From an uncultured Pseudomonadales bacterium (lineage in GTDB: Bacteria > Patescibacteriota > Microgenomatia > UBA1400 > PJMF01): a DNA stretch of 64,000 nucleotides. The DNA is taken from contig CAZSJW010000007.1 in NCBI GenBank assembly GCA_964607285.1, positions 3,079-67,078 of the forward strand, written 5' to 3'. The position numbers and the translations under genes were made by a program. Below are positions 60,318 through 64,000 of the stretch, in pieces (the stretch's first letter is position 1; each line of letters starts with the position of its first letter). Below the pieces are notes generated by a model. It saw nothing but the letters and a program-made list of their open reading frames with translations. It was not told where the DNA came from and searched no databases.

Positions 60318-62819
60318 TTGGTACACTATACCTACAGCGATTGCACACTCAACGCATGGAAAACTCCGCATACAAACATGCCCAAAAAAAACCAACTCAC
60401 TAAAATGCGCTCTGCCCTCGATGGCAAGCAAGAAAAAAAGACTGAGAAAATAACCAAAATAATAGACACTGCTGCTGAGCAACGCTCAGTAAAAGGTGCT
60501 CCAGTGCCTTCCCGCAAACGAAAAGTGATTAGTTCATTTGGTCGATTCATTTCTTGGTTTTTCACCAGTAAACTTGTCCGAGTTGGCATCCTTGGTACCA
60601 TCGTAGTTTCAATTGTACTAACTCTCTATCTTCTTAAAGATTTGCCCTCACCCCGCAAACTTACCACATTAGACAATTTCGCGGTAAGTACCCAGATCTT
60701 TGATCGAAATAACAAGCTACTCTACGAGATTTATGCAGATGAAAATCGCACACCTATCAATTTAGAAGATCTTCCTCCACATGTCTGGCAAGCTGCTGTT
60801 TCCATAGAGGACAAAAACTTTTTCAAACATTTTGGCTTTGATGTAACGGCTATTGCCCGAGCAACAATTGCAACCCTCAGTGGGAAACGACTGGAGGGTG
60901 GTTCTACTATCACGCAGCAGCTCGTCAAGAACGCTCTGCTCACAAACGAACGTTCGCTGCAAAGAAAAGCCAAAGAAGCCATGCTTTCTGTCATGACTGA
61001 GGTACTGTATGACAAAGAAGATATTTTGGAAATGTATCTCAACTATATCTCGTATGGGGGTACCTCCGTTGGGATTGAAGCTGCAGCAAAATCATACTTT
61101 GACAAGCATGCCAAAGACCTTACTATAGCTGAGGCAGCATTACTTGCTGGTCTACCTCAAGCTCCCAGCCGATACTCACCATTTGGATCACAGCCAGAAA
61201 CTGCAAAGAATAGACAAAAAGATGTCATTCGTCGCATGCGCGAAGATGGATACATCAGTACTGCAGAGGCAGAAGCCGCAGAAACTGAAATCATGACGTA
61301 TGCACTATCAAGAACAGATATTCAAGCTCCTCATTTTGTATTTTATGTTCGTGACCTACTGTACCAAGAATATGGTGTAGAACAAGTTGAGCGTGGGGGT
61401 TTGCGAGTGCATACCACTCTGGATCTTGATCTACACACAATTGCACAAGCGTCCCTTTCTGCCGAAATAGACTCTCTTGAACGCTATCGCGTATCAAACG
61501 GAGCTGCGCTGATTATCAAACCAAATACAGGTGAGATATTAAGCATGATTGGTTCTCGTGATTATTTCGATGCCACGCATGATGGTGAAGTCAACGTCAC
61601 TATCGCCGAACGGCAACCTGGTTCATCGATAAAACCAATCATGTACGCTACAACATTCCAAGAAAAAACCTTGAATCCTGGTACTATTCTGATTGATGCT
61701 CCCACTTGTTTTGAAATAGTAGGTCAAAAACCGTATTGTCCTAAAAATTACGATGGAGGCTTTAAAGGCCCTATCAGTATCCGTGAGTCGCTTGGAAACT
61801 CACTCAACATTCCCGCTGTTAAGTCATTGGCAACTGTCGGTGTACCAACCTTTATGGAGCAGGCAACTGCTATGGGCATCACGAGCTGGAAAGACCCATC
61901 TAGATATGGTTTGTCACTTTCGCTTGGTGGTGGAGAAGTTCGCATGATAGATTTAGTCCAAGCATTCAGTGTTCTTGCTAACCAAGGCGTAAAAGTCCCA
62001 CTTACCCCAATCTTAAAAATCGAAGACTACACAGGTAAAGTATTACAAGAAGTTAGCACTGAAACACGACTATCACAACTAAAAGAACTGACCGAAACTA
62101 CAGAGCAACAAGCTGGTGATCTAAAGCGCGTTATGGATCGTGCCCCAGCATATCTCACCAGTCACATCATGCAGGACAACCGTGCTCGCAGTCGCGCATT
62201 TGGTTCACGCTCTGAGCTCGTCATTCCTGATCAAATTGTTAGTGCAAAGACTGGCACTACAAATGACCTCCGTGATAACTGGACGGTAGGCTTTACACCA
62301 GAGTTTTTAGTTATGACTTGGGTTGGGAACAATGACAACACACCCATGAACCGAAGCTTAGTTTCAGGTGTGACTGGTGCCGCACCTATTTTCAATGACA
62401 TCATGACGTATGTGCTGCAAGGTCGTGAGGCAACATGGCAGGAAAAGCCTGCCGATGTGCTTTCCGCCCAAGTTTGTCAGCATGGTATGCCTAAACAAGG
62501 TTCAGAGATTTGCCAACTTGGAGCAACCGAACTGTATTGGCGAGAAAGCAAACCTTCACTATCCTCCGTTGAAACAAAACAAGTATGGATTGATCCTCGT
62601 ACTGGTTTACCACCCCCCTATGGTGAAGTTGTGGATGGTTTAGTGCTTGAGGAACGAACAGTGTACACTGATCCTGTTACAGACAGCTATTGTGCAAATT
62701 GTACCCGACCTGTCACCGAAGATGGAAACATACAGTATGAACAATATACTGTGCAGGATGAGCTGCAAATTGAACGAAATGAAAGAAGATCAGAGACACA
62801 AACCCAAACTATTGAATAG
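60318..62819 (+). CDS. class A penicillin-binding protein (GT51 transglycosylase plus transpeptidase), PBP1A-like
   Basis: N-terminal TM segment. GT51 motifs EDKNFFKHFG and GGSTITQQLVKN. Transpeptidase motifs QPGSSIKP (SxxK), SLN (SxN) and KTGTT. The ATG at about 60378 is a plausible alternative start. Confidence 0.9.
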   Translation: MVHYTYSDCTLNAWKTPHTNMPKKNQLTKMRSALDGKQEKKTEKITKIIDTAAEQRSVKGAPVPSRKRKVISSFGRFISWFFTSKLVRVGILGTIVVSIVLTLYLLKDLPSPRKLTTLDNFAVSTQIFDRNNKLLYEIYADENRTPINLEDLPPHVWQAAVSIEDKNFFKHFGFDVTAIARATIATLSGKRLEGGSTITQQLVKNALLTNERSLQRKAKEAMLSVMTEVLYDKEDILEMYLNYISYGGTSVGIEAAAKSYFDKHAKDLTIAEAALLAGLPQAPSRYSPFGSQPETAKNRQKDVIRRMREDGYISTAEAEAAETEIMTYALSRTDIQAPHFVFYVRDLLYQEYGVEQVERGGLRVHTTLDLDLHTIAQASLSAEIDSLERYRVSNGAALIIKPNTGEILSMIGSRDYFDATHDGEVNVTIAERQPGSSIKPIMYATTFQEKTLNPGTILIDAPTCFEIVGQKPYCPKNYDGGFKGPISIRESLGNSLNIPAVKSLATVGVPTFMEQATAMGITSWKDPSRYGLSLSLGGGEVRMIDLVQAFSVLANQGVKVPLTPILKIEDYTGKVLQEVSTETRLSQLKELTETTEQQAGDLKRVMDRAPAYLTSHIMQDNRARSRAFGSRSELVIPDQIVSAKTGTTNDLRDNWTVGFTPEFLVMTWVGNNDNTPMNRSLVSGVTGAAPIFNDIMTYVLQGREATWQEKPADVLSAQVCQHGMPKQGSEICQLGATELYWRESKPSLSSVETKQVWIDPRTGLPPPYGEVVDGLVLEERTVYTDPVTDSYCANCTRPVTEDGNIQYEQYTVQDELQIERNERRSETQTQTIE

Positions 62820-62862
62820 TTTGCAGTGTTGTACCTAAAAATTGTCACCTGCCTCCGCATAT

Positions 62863-64000
62863 GATTTTACAAAGTGCGCGTCGTAAACAAACTGAGGGTA
62901 CTGCCATTCGCCAACGGAGTTGGGATGAGTGGTGGGATCATGTCAGTTGGTGGATAAAACTATCTACATTCTCGCTTACTCTTTTAGTCGTAACAGCTGC
63001 TATTTTTGCAGGTTGGGTGTGGGAGTTACCTCTGAAATCTCCACTTGGACCACTTTCAACACTTCAGTTTCTACCAAATAAAAACTTTGATTCGACTGGG
63101 AAAGTAGTATATGGATTTATACCGTACTGGAACTTACAAAAAGTTGCTATTCAACCAGAGCTCACGCATCTTGGCTACTTTGCGCTCACCATTGGTTCAG
63201 ATGGTTCACTCATCACCCGCGGTGAAGATGGTAATGAGGAACCTGGTTTTAACAAACTAAAAGCTGAGAAATTATTAGATTTAAGTAATGAAACACAGGC
63301 ACAAGGAGGCCAAGTTGAGTTAGTGCTAAGTCAATTCTACGCAGATGACATTACTGCATTCTTAGTTTCACAGAAGGCACAGGATAATTTTTTCGTATCT
63401 CTTGATAATATTCTACTAGCGTATCCATTTGCAGGCGTGAATATTGATATAGAGTTAGCTGGCTCAGCAACTCCACAGTTACGTGAAAATATGTCTAAGT
63501 TTATGGCTCGACTTCGCAGCCATTTGGATCAAAAGTATAATAAAATTTCACTATCGATTGACGTGTATGCAAGTGCAGCCCTGAATTCTCAATTGTGGGA
63601 CATCTCAGCTCTTGAACCAAATGTCGACTACATCATCATAATGGCGTACGACTTCCATAGACGCACATCACCTCTGGCGGGACCCGTTGCCCCATTGTTT
63701 GGGGGTCGAGAACTTTGGGACAGCGATATTAACCAACATTTACAAGAATTTGTTAAGCAAGTGCCTTCAGAAAAACTGCTACTTGGAGTACCATTTTATG
63801 GTTATGAATGGCAAACCACTTCACGAGATTCACAATCCCATACTTTTCCAGATTCTGGTTCGACTGCAAGTTTTGAGAGAGTTCTCAAACTGCTGGAAAG
63901 GCGTGAAGAATTACAAGTACAAGAACACTGGAACGATGATGCACTATCACCCTACCTATCATATATTGAGGATGGAGAGATCTACGTAATCTACTATGAG
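62863..64000 (+). CDS. GH18-family (chitinase-like) glycoside hydrolase, membrane-anchored, 3' end truncated by the window edge
   Basis: Manual translation MILQSARRKQ...TM segment...GVNIDIELAG (DxDxE catalytic motif) ...IIIMAYDFH. No stop occurs before the window end. Confidence 0.6.

Overview
The window reads as a gene-dense, mostly minus-strand stretch of a small, low-to-mid-GC bacterial genome that uses the standard code (housekeeping genes show no in-frame stops). I infer a Patescibacteria/CPR, Saccharibacteria-like lineage from the gene content: a minimal IF-2, a stand-alone Pol I-type 5'-3' exonuclease plus a separate DEDDy 3'-5' exonuclease, a class II RNR with NrdR, a TsaC-TsaE fusion, and several giant uncharacterised proteins. 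That assignment is inference, not something the sequence proves.

Recognisable core genes, mostly in window order, are: sufB (partial)-NUDIX-sufC, Fe/Mn superoxide dismutase, rpsO and pnp (with an inserted surface-protein gene between them), nusA-infB, the heat-shock operon hrcA-grpE-dnaK-dnaJ with a CIRCE operator inside a leaderless promoter, groES-groEL, ftsH, trpS next to a CsaA-like tRNA-binding protein, a XerC/D-type recombinase, a FtsB-like divisome protein, two divergent tRNA genes that both carry a CAT anticodon, yidC, an SPFH protein, a TsaC-TsaE fusion followed by TsaD, nrdR-nrdJ, a class A PBP and a partial GH18 hydrolase.

The candidates for undescribed biology are:
- A 1594-aa protein at 39801..44585 that combines an apparently inactivated M48-peptidase-like N-terminal motif with a C-terminal ABC1/UbiB-type atypical kinase domain, directly abutting a GNAT acetyltransferase gene.
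- A 1179-aa domain-less protein at 27215..30754, downstream of ftsH, the 5'-3' exonuclease and a GT4 glycosyltransferase.
- A 615-aa cysteine-rich, poly-Gly-linked surface protein with a Cna-B-like domain, inserted between rpsO and pnp and bracketed by terminators.

Further oddities are an RGG-repeat tail on PNPase, a nested long-stem structured element downstream of groEL, two overlapping or out-of-frame hypothetical gene pairs, and one in-frame TAA between small ORFs.

No CRISPR array, rRNA, transposase or clear prophage was seen. Coordinates I derived by hand (tRNAs, operators, terminators, internal starts) may be off by 1-2 nt. CDS boundaries come from the supplied ORF track, which uses alternative start codons, so some true starts probably lie further in.
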